Part shown: piece by piece, positions 12,519 to 24,324 of the stretch
Layout: every line of letters starts with the position of its first letter
Numbering within the stretch: the first letter of the stretch is position 1
From: Emiliania huxleyi CCMP1516
Taxonomy: Eukaryota
NCBI RefSeq assembly: GCF_000372725.1
Contig: NW_005202237.1
Coordinates: 248,001 to 312,000 of the forward strand
DNA: 64,000 nucleotides
Direction: 5' to 3'
Notes under the pieces: generated by a model
The model's input: only the letters and a program-made list of their open reading frames with translations
The model's database searches: none
Told to the model about the DNA's origin: nothing
Translations under genes and position numbers: made by a program

Positions 12519-12796
12519 AAGAAAGAAAGAAAGAAGACAGAGAACCCAAGGGAGGACGGCACGCCGCCCTACGCCGCCACGTTGAGGCTGCTCTGAGCGG
12601 CAACAAGGCGATGTCCGATGACATCCTGCCAACCGGCGCGCCGGGAGGAGGTGCAGGTGGTTCGTGCTCCGCCGCCGGACCGCCCTCTCCACCACCCTCG
12701 CCCAGGGATCTACAATGCTGTCTTAAGGTCCGCCGACAGCATCGGGCACCGCCTCGGTACTCGAGTAGACAAAATGCGCCTGCGGGCGGACCCTGA
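12519..12796 (-). mobile_element. Diverged retroelement 3' end related to family A
   Basis: (GAAA)n followed by AACCCAAGGGAGGACGGCACGCCGCC, shared with the 5045 and 32517 copies. The inner boundary is uncertain. Confidence 0.5.
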
Positions 12797-12982
12797 CAGA
12801 AAGAAAGAAAGAAAACAGACACGCCAAACGAGGGATGGGACGAGGACAGGGTCCCCACCTGCACGAGCAGGATTTTGGAAGGACGATCAGGGGGACAGGT
12901 GGGGCTCTCCTGCTCCTGACAAGGGACACGACAGGCTCGCAGCGCGGTGCGCGGTGGACTCCCACATCCACTGGCGGTCTCA
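12797..12982 (-). mobile_element. Retroelement/SINE-like 3' end (family B) with (TTTC)n tail
   Basis: Homologous to 24140-24324 (inverted) and to 32451-32516. Contains the CCCCACCTG/CAGGTGGGG stem. Confidence 0.75.
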
Positions 12983-13156
12983 TCTCAGTCTAGCGACCTG
13001 CCTCCAGCTTGTCGCTGGCAGTCTCTCGCTACCACAGAGGCACACTGACACAGGGGTGGCAGGGGCGGCGGCACGAGTCTCCCACATACTATGCGGGCCT
13101 CACTAGAGGTGCGGCCTGTGCGTGTCCTCGCCCTTGAGGGGGGAGGGGAAGGGGCT

Positions 13157-13186
13157 GTGTGTCTGTGCATGCATGTGTGTGTGTGT

Positions 13187-13231
<45 letters not shown>
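13157..13231. repeat. (GT)n microsatellite
   Basis: Directly visible dinucleotide run. Confidence 0.95.
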
Positions 13232-13232
<1 letters not shown>

Positions 13233-13533
13233 CGCAAGCGCCGGCGAGCGCCGTCGGCAGCGCGCGACCGCCACCCAAAAGCGGAGGTACATTAGGAGCC
13301 GCAGCCGGCCTGCTCTATCAGCCCCGCAGCCGCGGTGGCGCGACAGATCACAGATCATATGACGTTTGCCTTTTTTCTCACACTCACCCGCGACTAAGGT
13401 CTGGGTCTAGGATTCCTACGGCCTTACCGCGACGACGCGCGGGGGCGCGCGCGCGCGCGAGGTTTAGCCCAATCGAGTCATACACACGTCTAGCCGCCCC
13501 CGGCACTCGTGCGCAGCTGTAGCAGAATACACA

Positions 13534-14848
13534 ATGGTGCTGAGCGGCAGCATCACCTTCCTCTACTCCTCGCGACTCGCCGACGCACGACGCTTCTACA
13601 GCCACGATCTTGGCCTCCCGCTCCGCCGCGACGGTGGCGTGCTCTTCTTTGCTCTCCCGGGTGGCGCCGCGTCGCTCGGGATCGTGCCAGAGGGGACGAG
13701 CGCGGCGGCGAGTCCACCCGTGAGCGCGGTGACCGCCGGACGCGACACGGCCATGGTGTGCCTGCTGACGGACGACGTCGACGGCACCTACGCAAAGGCG
13801 CTGGCGGGCGGGCGGTGCTCGGCGGAGCAGCCGCCGCGAGCGACGGAGCGGTTCGGCATCTACAACGCTCTGCTGCGCGACCCGGACGGGTACCTCGTCG
13901 AGCTGCAGCGCTTTACCGACGCGGCGGAGCAGCGAGAGTTTTGTGGCGGGTCGGCAGCGTCGGAGGCGGCGTCGGATCAGGCGGCGGCGGCGGCGGAGGC
14001 GGCGGCGGCGGCGGCGGCGGAGGCGGCGGCGGCGGCGGTGGAGGAGTCGGCGGTGGCGACGGCAGAGGTGGCGAAGGCTCCGCTCGTCGTCGCCGTCGGG
14101 AGCAAGAACCCTGTCAAAGTCAACGCGGTGCGCGCCGGCTTTGCCGCCGCCTTCCCGCTGACAGCGCTCGAGGTGGTTGCGTACGACATCCCGAGCGGCG
14201 TGTCCGACCAGCCGTGGGGCGAGGCGGAGACGCGGCAGGGGGCTCTCAACCGGGCGGAGAACTGCCTCGGCGCGCACTGCCTCGGCCACGGCGGTGCGGC
14301 TCCTCCTCTCGCGCCCACCACCGCCCTCTCCCTCTCCCTCCCTCTCCCTCCTTCTCCCCCTCTCCCTATCTCTCTCTCTGTAGCAGCCGCACCGCGACTC
14401 CTCCTCCCCGGCGCCACCACCTCCCCGGCGCCACGCAGGTGCGATGCCCGACTTCGCCGTCGGAGTCGAGGGCGGCGTGGCGGAGTGCAGCCTCGCCTCC
14501 CTCCACCCAGGCACGCCCGGCCTCGACTCCTGCACCGAGTGCTTCGCCTTCCTCGCCGTGATGCGCTCGCCGGCGAGCGAGGCGGGCGTCGCGTGGGGCG
14601 TGGCGCGCACCGGGTCCTTCGCGCTGCCTCCGCGCCTCGCCGCCCTCGTCAAGTCCGGCGTCGAGCTCGGCGACGCCGACGACAGAGTCTTTGGCGACAG
14701 CGGGAGCAAGCGCAAGGGCGGCACGGTCGGCAAGCTCACGCGCGGCCTGGTGGACCGTACCGCGTACTATGAGCATGCGATGCACCTCGCGCTGGCGCCG
14801 TTTGTGCACGGAGAGGAGTTCCCAGGGCTGTACGACGCGGGGGAGTGA
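13534..14848 (+). CDS. VOC/glyoxalase-domain protein fused to a YjjX-type inosine/xanthosine triphosphatase
   Basis: N-terminal ITFLYSSRLADARRFYSHDLGL..TDDVDGTY..LLRDPDGYLVELQ (VOC fold). C-terminal VAVGSKNPVKVNAV, PSGVSDQP, ETRQGALNRA, VGVEGGV, GTVGKLTRGLVDRTAYYEHA (NTPase_I-T). One intron ending 14438. Confidence 0.85.
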
Positions 14849-15251
14849 GCGTGTGGTGAGTACGCACGCCCCGTGTTGCATGTCTGACTGTCACTGTGCG
14901 GTTTCGGGGCCCGGGGATGTGCGTTTCGAAGTGAGTGCGCACACCCAATTCGACAGCAACTTGGAGCACTTGGAGTGCAGTCGGCAACCTCACATCCAGG
15001 GCCGGTGAGCTGAGAAGCGCATCCAGCGGGCCGGATGATCGGTATCGGGTTACGGGCTAGAGAGCCCTAGCCCCGGGGGTGCGCGTTCGCAGGGCAAGGG
15101 CCTTAAAGTAAACACAGTTCTCCGAGGGTTAGTACCGCGCTCCAGGTTTCCCCTAGCAGCAGGACGCCCCCTCTAGCTCTACTCGGAGCTAGTAAACACC
15201 AGACAAGGACACGCGACGACACACACTCCCCCTTGGCGACGGCGTCGCCAA

Positions 15252-16960
15252 TCACAACCCCTCCGCTCGGTCTCCCTGCCCCGGCTCCGGTGGGGTCCCC
15301 CCCCCCGTTCGGTCCGTTCTCCTGTTTGCTTCTCGATGGTTGTACGGCGGGCGCGGGGCCCGACCTCCCCTCCTAGCCTTTTTTGGCCGTGGCCCCGCCG
15401 CCGTCTCGTCCTCTCTGCCTGATTCCGTTGACCCTGCCGACGGCGATCCCGTGCCCGACTCCCCGGGTGAGAACGGTGGCATTGGGTCGCGCCCAGTTCC
15501 ACCCCCAGGAGGTCGAGCCCGCTCTCCCTGGTCGGCGAGTCGTGCCCGCACTCGCGGCCTCTCTATCGTCCCTGGCTCGCCCCCCCCCTCCGCCGGCTCC
15601 TCTCCAGGCTCGGGGAGGCGTGGCCCTCCCCGTCGAAGGTCGCGGTGGTCCGGTTGCCCCTGCAACTGGTCTTCCTCCGGTGAGCCCGTACGTCCCGACT
15701 CCACTCTCAGAGGCCGCGTTAGCTCATCTCTCGCCTCCTCCGACAACCGACCCCAAGCCCCCCCCGGGGCCCTCCGGCCTCGGCTTTCCGGTTCGCCGGC
15801 GGGTCCGCTCTCGTACCGCGGCAATTCCCTTCCCCCCTCTCCTCCTCCCGGGTACACCAGCCTCCGACGGGGCGGTCCCGGGTCCCCCAGGTTATTCCGA
15901 GCGGGTCCATACGGTGGCGGCCCCGTCGGCGGCGGGGGTGGAGGCGGTGGCAGGGGCGGCGGGTACAGTGGTGGCCCTCGCGGCCCAAACGCCTGGTGCG
16001 GAGCCGCTGGGGCGGCCCCACGACCCTGCAACCGTTCCAGTGGCGGGGGCGGGAGTGGCAGTGCGGGTGGCGGGAACGATGGCGGCACTGGCGTGTAGGT
16101 GTCTCGCCACCGCAAACGCCGCCGCCGATAGGAGGGTAGAGACGGCGTCTTCCGTCCGCGGCGCCGGGGCCTCCGTCGTTCTCCTCGTCACCCTCTCCCG
16201 GCCCATCGCTGCTCCGGCGCCGCGAGCCTGCTCGTGGGGTCGCTCTCGCGCCACGGACATGGTCGCCTCGAGTATCTCATCGACCGACGTCCCCGCCCAT
16301 TTCCGCAACCGCGCCCCAACCGCCCGTCGCTTACGGGGTTGCATCGTCGTGAGCTGTCGAGCCACCCGAACGGTCTTCCGCACCACAAACTCGAGGGGAT
16401 CCCGCCATTCTTCCGGGGGCATCGAGATGTCGACCTCTCTCCCATCGACGCACACCTCCCTCGCTCCGGGCCCCCCCTTCGCCGGGATAGCCATCACACC
16501 GTTCTCAAGGTCCAGGCAGGTGGTCCAGCCGCTGGCGCTTCGGGTGACAAGCCGGTCAACCTTCCCCGAGCGGCCTGGTTGCAGGTCCTGCTCCCCGCGG
16601 CATGTCACGCCACAGAAGCCCGCCCCCCATCCCGGCTCATTGTGCGGGTGTCTCGACCCACATATCGGATGTGGGCCCTGGTCAGACCCGAGCCCGGGTG
16701 TGGGGTCGCCCACACCAGTACCCAGTCCGCCCTGAAGCCGCCCTTATCGTCGAGGAAATAGACCCAGACCGGCCCGCCTATCTTTTCGGGTGCCGCCACG
16801 TTCAGCTCGTCGAGGTCCGTGGCCCGCATCGACGCCAAGTCCTTGGGGTCGAGTGCCCCCCCCCGACCAGCTATGCGCTGCACCACCCCCATCTCGGTCC
16901 CCATCACCGTGGACGCGTCCGTGGCCAGGATCAGCGTCGGTCGCTGGGGGGCTCGGCCGC
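15252..16960 (-). mobile_element. Degenerate intronless Pro/Gly/Arg-rich ORF broken over three frames; possible TE ORF1/gag-like relic
   Basis: ORFs 16605..16907, 15892..16713 and 15252..16115 read as a continuous protein with frameshifts. No diagnostic motif seen. Confidence 0.3.
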
Positions 16961-17018
16961 AACTTCTCTTTTTATTTCATCAAATACGGCGACCATCGAC
17001 CCACGCTGTCAGTGACGA

Positions 17019-18585
17019 ATGGCCAGCTCTGTGATCGCCGTGCCTCCCTGGAGCACAAATATTACTGTCACTGACGGCATGCCCGCGGCGTCCAGCTCTC
17101 GGTACGCCATTGAGATGCTGGCATGCTGGCTAAGCTTTGTCACCTTCAACCTCGGCTGGGTCGCCATGACATCGCCGAAGGACGACCGCTGGCGGCGGAT
17201 GCGCTTCATCTGTATGATGTGGCCGCAGCAGTTTCTCGCCATCGTGAGCCGGTTTCTCGTCATGAGGTTGGTCAAGCTCGCCTCATGGGAGGGGCTCGAC
17301 CATCCGGCCCTCTACTGGCCTCTCCTCTTGCCGATCGGCGTCTTTGAGACCTGGTCCATCCAGGCGATGGCGGACGTGTACGAGTCGCGGCCCGTCAAGC
17401 CCGTGTGTCTGAAGCAGGTGCTGAACCAGCTCAAGATCACCACTGCAGAGTCCATCGGGGTAACGGTGGGCTACAAGATCTGGCCGTGGGTTCGCATCGA
17501 CGACCCGACCGTCGAGTCGCTTCTCCACGCCACCTGGCGCACCTTTGTCTTTGACATCGGGCTCGACATCGGCTTCTACACCTTCCACCGCGTGTGCCAC
17601 GTCAACCGCGCGCTCTGCTGCTGTCGCACCTCGCGGCACCGCCACGTCCGTGACTTGTCCGTGGCCACGTCCCGCAGGCACGCTCTACCGCTGGCTGCAC
17701 GCGCAGCACCACACCGACACGGCCAAAGAGCACGGTCACCTAGTCGCGCACGAGACCTACGAGGTCAGCCTCGTCGAGGCGATCTCCATCCTGGGCGTGC
17801 ACAGAGACCTGGCCGAGATCTCGCCGAGATCTCACCGAGATTGCCCGAGATTGCCCGAGGCAAAGCGCGCGCCTCCGTCTTCGGCTCCTGCCTCCATCAA
17901 AACTCCCCGAGTCATCACACAACGACACGACCCAAGTGCCCTCAGGCTCGTACCTCATCGGGTTCGAGCTCATCGGCCTGCTCTACAACTACACCCTCTT
18001 CGACATCGCCCTCCTCGTCTCGTGGGCACCGAATCGCCACCGCAGTGGCAAATCGCGCGACTCGTCCACGACGCACCCACGCGGCACGACCCCATAGGCG
18101 CTCAGCGTCGCGCCGCTCGACCAGGTCGGGTGTGTGGGCCTTTTTTCTTCACCTCTTGAGCCGTGAGTAGGCCCACCTCGTCGAGCTGCTCGGCCACACG
18201 CAAATGTCGTGGACCGTGAACGGCCCGCCCGCCCCTGCCCCATCCCTGCCCCACCGCCGCCACCGGCCGCCAGAGACGGACAGTCCTACCTCGCCGCGCC
18301 CGCATGCAGGCCACCCTCTGCGCATCATCCCAGAGGTGCTCAACCTCGACCTCAAGGCGAGAGACCCGAGACGACCCGAGACGACCCGAGAGGACCCGAG
18401 CGCACTCCCTCCCGCAATGCTCCCAGGTGCCCGACCACACCATGCACCACACCAAGCCCCTCTCCAACTTCTCCAAGCGCCTCACGCTGCTTGATCACCT
18501 CTTCGGCACCTACGAGCCGCCCGGCGACGAGTACGGCACCATCACGCTCAAGGACCTGGCCAAGGCAAAGGCCAAGGCGGCGTGA
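17019..18585 (+). CDS. Fatty acid hydroxylase / sterol desaturase family membrane protein, multi-exon
   Basis: Histidine boxes FYTFHRVCH, LYRWLHAQHH and DHTMHH; C-terminal NFSKRLTLLDHLFGT. Confidence 0.88.
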
Positions 18586-18853
18586 GGGTGGGCGACGGGC
18601 GTTCGCGCAGACCACTGACCAGTGTGCTGCCCCTGCGCCGCGCGCGCTCGACTGCGCCCCGCTCTGGCCTCTGCTCAACGCCTGGAACCGGGCCGTGTAC
18701 GTTTTAGCTTACTGGGAGAAAGGGGGGCGGGAGGTGTCTCTCTCTCGCGTGTACGATTAAAGTGAATCCTTTTGCGATTTGCACGAGGATTTACCCGCTT
18801 CAGCGTCCGTCCCGAAGCGGACGCACGCGCGGCCGTGGGGTTGGCAATGCAAT

Positions 18854-21800
18854 ATGATCACGTCTACTCCAGGTTACGATGAAGCCCGCTTCCAGTCCGA
18901 GGCGGAACTTGGTCTCGTTGCCGATGTCGTCCTCGCCCATCGCGCAGAGGGCGCCACCAAGGAGTCAGAGGTCACTGGCAAGATGCCAAAGCCGACCGGG
19001 GGAGAGCCAGGGTTGCGCCAGTCGGGTGGCGAGAGCAGCCTGCTGAGGAAGGAGGCCGAGAGGGAGTCTCAGCGTGAGACGGAGCTGGAGGCGAAGCGTC
19101 GCGAGCTCAAGACGCTGCTCGAGTCGGTCGGGCTGCGCGTGCGGGTGCAGCACTCACGAGACGGCGGCGAGGTGATGCTCAAGGTCAGCACTGCAAGCGC
19201 GCGGTGCATTCTCCCACGCACCGCGGACGCCTGTCTCGTGGCGGGCCCTAGGTGACGGCCACGCTGGAGCGCCTCGAGGATGAGGCCGAGCGCAGCGGCA
19301 TGAAGATGGGCATCGCCGGCTCGCAACGCCAATACGAGCCCTTCACGCGCTCGCGGGCAGGGGAGTTTGTGCTCAAGGAGGGTCGGACCTTCTCGGCGCT
19401 GGAGCGGCAGCGGCTCATCCTCTCTATACTGGAGGCAGAGCACAACGGACTGCTCTGGAGGCGATACACCCCTCATTTTGATGTCATCGCCCATGTTAGG
19501 CGGAGCGCGAGGTTGGCGGCGCTGGGCTTGACCTCGACGAGCTCGTTGTCAGCGGCGTACTGATCTGCTACTTTGGTCTGCACTCCATTGCAGAGAGGAA
19601 CTCGCTCAACGCAGAGTGGCTAACCGTGCGCTCGTGGCCGTTTGCGAACCGGCGGCTCTTTCCGGACCTCGGGCTGATGCAGCAGCCGATAGGGGAGGTC
19701 CGGCAGTACTATGGCGAGAGCATCGCCATGTACTTTGCCTGGATGGAGCACTACACCAACTCGCTGACGGTGCGTGCGTCCCTTCTCCTCCTGCGCCCCG
19801 CGCATCAGCCACGCACCGCTGGAGCCAAGCGGCCGCTGCTCCGTAGACCAGACCCTCTGCTCCTACCACCCGAGGCACGTCCCAACGCGCGTCCCAACGG
19901 CGTGCCTGCAGGTGCTTGCGCTCATCGCCGCTGTCGTCGAGCTGTCGCCGGTTGGTGCGCTCGGCACGCCGCTGTACGCATGCGCCTCTGCGCTGTGGTG
20001 CACGTTGATGGCGGAGTCGTGGAAGCGCCGCCAGGCCACGCTGGCGCACGAGTGGGGAATGGTTGGCTACGAGAACGAGGAGCGGCCCCGGCCCGAGTTC
20101 ATCGCAGCCTTCCACAAGGGGCTGTGGGCAGCAGACCACGAGGCGGATCCACCCGAGGTGGATGATGGCGATGGGCTTTCGGAGAGCAACGCGAGCATGC
20201 GGCTCGACGCGGAGAGCAAGCCAATGGTGAAGAAGCGGCAGTCGTCCCTCACGAAGATCGTGCGGGGCAACAAGGGCGGGATGGAGCGGCGGAGCGGCTT
20301 TTACGACCGGCGCGGCTTTGTGCCGCATGACGACGCTCCGGAGACGCTAGTGATGCCCGAGGGGTCCCGGCTGCGCGTGTACCTCATGAGCATCCCGACG
20401 CTGGTGCTGTGCACCGTGCTGATGCTGGTGGTCACACTCGGCATCCTCACCTTCCGCATGCTCATGTCGCTGTCGCGGCAGCTGGAGGAGCATCCGTACT
20501 TCAACCCGTCCACCGCGACGACGGTGGGCGCGCTGCTGAACACACTGTGGATCACAGTCATGAATATGGTGTACGCCAAGCTAGCCGCATGGCTCAACGA
20601 TCTCGAGAACCACCGCACCGACACGGAGCACGAGGACGCGCTCATCGTCAAGACCTTCCTCTTCCAGTTTGCAAACTCGTACATCGTGCTCTTTTACATC
20701 GCTTTCATCCAGGGCCTCAACTTCTCGCTCTACGGTGCCTTTGGCTACACCAACGCGGCGGGCCAGGCGTACCACGACATGTGCGGCCTCTCGGGCGGTG
20801 AGTCTGGGGCCGACTCGTGGGCCTTTGCCGGCTGCAAGGGCCCCGGCGGCAGCGCAGGCGTACCGCCCCCGACGGCGGGCGACCCGCTCGACGCATCCAA
20901 CCCTCAGGGGCACTGCGAGCGGGCGATCTTTGTCGAGGCGCGCCACGTCTCTGGCCGCTGCCACCTCGCAGCCTCCGCCCCCTTCTCACTCTCCGCAGCG
21001 ACGCCCCCTCGCCGCAGGACCCTGACGGCTGCGTCGGGCTGCTCCGCACGCAGCTGTTCTACTACACCGTCTTCAAGCCCCTCTACGAGGTTGCGCTGCA
21101 GGCTCTCATCCCGTGGCTGCAGCACCGCTACAACCTCTACCAGCTCCGCCAGCGCGTCGGCCGGTCCTCCATCGCGGCCACGGGGATGGCCAGCGCGGAG
21201 GCAGCAGACAGCGGCGGGAAGATGGCGGGCTGCGTCGACTGGATGACGGGGCTCGTGGGGGCGCCGCCGGGGACGCAGAGTAGTACGGTGAGCATCGACC
21301 TGAGCTCCGAGGAGCAGGTTGCGCTTCGCTTCGTCGAGCTCGGTCAGGAGATCGAGGAGCAGATGGCCATGCCGGCGTTCGACGGCACCTTTTCCGAGTA
21401 CAACACCAAGGTGATACAGTACGGCTTTGTCTGCATGTTTGCCTCCGCCTTCCCACCCGCCGCCATCGCCGCAGCGATCGCCAACTTTGTCGAGCTACGC
21501 TTCGACGCGCACAAGATTGGCTACTCGCATCGCCGGCCGGTCTACCGCGGCGCGGAGGACATCGGCTCCTGGCAGCACGTGATGGACGTGCTCTCGTGGC
21601 TGGCGCTCGTCATCAATGTGCCACCCGATCCCTCTGCCGCGTCGCGCGGCACACGAGGCCGAGTGACCACGCGCTGCCGTTCTCCGTCGCCCGCAGGCTC
21701 TGATCGTGGCGTACACGTCCAACAGCGTGCGCGACATGCTCGTAATACCGTGGCTCGCCGACAGAAGCGACTGCTCCAGCGACGCGGCCCCCTCGTGGGA

Positions 21801-22161
21801 TGAGGACTGCGTCTCCAACTGGCGAGAGTGCTACCTCAACATTGGCGGCACGCCTGAGTACCCGGCATGGCAGTACCTGCCCACAAACATCACCGTCTCG
21901 GTCCCGCTGCTCACGGCGCTATGCGAGAAGAAGGTGGCGGCCGAGATGCAGACGCTGTACGACGAGGAGCATTGCTTCGTGTGCCAGGCGCGGCAGCGCG
22001 CCGTCTCATTATCGCTCGTCTGGACCGTCTTTGTTCTCGAGCACGTTCTCGTCCTCGTCAAGCTCTTCCTCGCCGCCTTGGTGCCCGACGTGCCGCGCTG
22101 GGTCGAGCTTGAGCAGGCAAAGCAGCGCCATGTGAGCGAGCGCCAGCGCAAGAAGCAATGA
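18854..22161 (+). CDS. Anoctamin/TMEM16 Ca2+-activated channel or scramblase, multi-exon
   Basis: QPIGEVRQYYGESIAMYFAW, ESWKRRQATLAHEWG, ENHRTDTEHEDALIVKTFLFQFANSY, ANFVELRFDAHK, AEDIGSW, VLEHVL, VPDVPRWV. Confidence 0.92.
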
Positions 22162-22766
22162 CCCGGGAGACGCGAGCGCGCATGTGCGGTATCGTGAGCG
22201 TGCCGAGCGCATGTGCTAAGGGTTGGCCCTCGCGCTCGCCACCGTTCTCGGACCTCGGGCTCGGCGCTCGCACCTCGAGAGCTCTCGACGTCGACCGTGG
22301 ACGGCCGCGCTGCTGCGTGCTCCTCTGCACTGTGGCGCTGCCGCTGCGCGCTGGGGACTGGGCACCGGACCTGGCTCCTGGCCACCTGGGGGTGGGGCGC
22401 CGCCCGGGCGGCGGGCGCGCTGGACCTGTGGAGCGCTGGGCCGCTCCTGGCGCTGCTTCCGGTTCCGCGGGGCCGGGGGGCTCGCGCCTCGCGCCCCCTC
22501 GACGGTGGGCCTGAACATATTTTGACATGTCGTAGATGTAGAAGACGTTTCAACTAACAGCGAAACGCGCGGACACAATCATACACTGCTGCGCTCGCAC
22601 GTGACACATACCCTTGATAATCGCGCTCCCGCCCCTCCACGCCTTCGCTCCCGGCGCCGAACATCCTCGGCCTCTCCTCTGCCCCTCCGGCGCCATCCGC
22701 AACGCCATCCGGCGCGCCGCCGAACGGGGCTGCCGCAGCGGCGGCGCAGGCCGTGTGGCCAGCCGC

Positions 22767-23961
22767 TTAGAGCGTCTCGCCGATCGGGAAGATCGGGTTG
22801 CCGGTCAGGCCCTCGTGGATCAGCATGCCTGGGGGGGGGGGGGGGGCCCAGGGGTAAAAGGGGCAGGCACCGGGGCCGGGGGAACATGACCCAGGAATAT
22901 GTGTGTGTCCCCCTCCCCCGGGGAGGGTGAAGGGGGGGGGGGGGNNNNNNNNNNNNNNNNNNNNNNNNNNNNNNNNNNNNNNNNNNNNNNNNNNNNNNNN
23001 NNNNNNNNNNNNNNNNNNNNNNNNNNNNNNNNNNNNNNNNNNNNGACAAAAACAGGGGGAGGGGAGTAATCCACCGGAGATGCCCATCATTAGCAGAGCG
23101 ACCGTTGTAGCGCTCGAAGGTGAAGCTAACAGGTCTTTCCGAGGAAGAGCTAGTCCTCGCCGACCTGCGGCGGGGCAGGGAGGGGCGCGTGGGAGGGGGG
23201 CGGCAGATTGACGGGAAGGGGGGGGGGGGGGGGGCGAGGGTAGAATGGTGTGTGGGGAGCGGCGGCGGCGGCGGCACCTGCTTGGTCGAGCCGTCGCCAA
23301 GCCAGACGTCGTAGCCGTCGGGGTAGCGCGCCCACGCGACGCCCTCGGGGACGACGTCACCGGGGTCCTTCTCGGGGTCCTGCTTCAGCGCGTACACCTC
23401 GAGGAAGGAGATGAAGAGGACGATCTGCAGCCACGCCGAGGTGGGCAGAGCCGCCCACGACGCAATCGCGCCGCCGGGCAGGTCGGAGAACTTGATGCCC
23501 TCCGCGAGGGAGAGGTAGCCGGGCCAGCGGATGCCCGAGTAGGTGGTGATGACGCCGAGGAAGGCCGCCATCGCGAGCCGCCCGTGCTTGATCTCCATCT
23601 CCACGAACCTGCGGTACCGCTCCGGCCCCTGCTCGCGGATCTGCAGCGGGTCCCAGCGGCCGATGGGCGGAAGCACCCCGATCTCGTCGAACTGCGGGAC
23701 GAAGGTGTCGACCTCGACGTACGGCTTGCCGGTCACGTCGACGAACGAGCCAGCGGTGCGGCGGGTGGAGATCTTTGCGTAATCCTTGCCGCCGCCGCGC
23801 TTGGCCGCCTTGGCAGCCTTCTTGACGGGCTTCTTGGCCGCCTTCTTGGGCGCCGCCGCCTTGGAGCCGGAGAAGAACATCTCCGGCGCCGGCGTGCGCA
23901 CCGCCGCGAGCGGCGCGACGGGCGCGGTGAAGGAGAGGGCGACAGGGGCGAGCGAAAGCAT
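22767..23961 (-). CDS. Light-harvesting chlorophyll a/c (fucoxanthin)-binding protein; spans an N-gap
   Basis: N-terminal targeting-like peptide MLSLAPVALSFTAP, then WDPL, EIKHGRLAMAAFLG and QIVLFISFLE. Helix 3 (ERxNGRSA-MMGISG) has indel errors near the gap. Last exon GMLIHEGLTGNPIFP. Confidence 0.92.
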
Positions 23962-24139
23962 TGCAGGCGATTCTCAGGAGCGATCTGCCCGACAATTCAG
24001 AGGATCCCGAGACCTCGGGAGTAAGTTGGCTGCACCCATGAAGGTTTTCCACACTCGTCAAAGGAAAGAGGCGCATGAAGCGCGAAATGCAAGCCAACTG
24101 CAGAGAAAAGAAAGAGCGCACCGCCCATACTTGGCGTGA

Positions 24140-24324
24140 GGACCGCCAGTGGAGTTGGGAGTCCACAGACAGTGCACCACCGCGCTGCGAGCCTGTCGTG
24201 GTTGGGAGAGAGAGATTTTTAGCATTTTTAGAGTTGTTGCGTGGTTGGTGTCGTGTCCCTTGTCAGGAGCAGGAGAGCCCCACCTGTGCCCCTGATCGTC
24301 CTTCCAAAAATCCTGCTCGTGCAG
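24140..24324 (+). mobile_element. Family-B retroelement fragment upstream of the LHC gene, carrying a 48-bp micro-insertion
   Basis: Reverse complement of ~12858-12980 apart from the insert at 24201-24248. Confidence 0.8.

Noticed and set aside
23045..23145. Frameshifts in LHC helix 3 as pseudogenisation or programmed frameshifting
   Set aside because: Adjacent to an N-gap and poly-G, so low-quality sequence is the simpler explanation.
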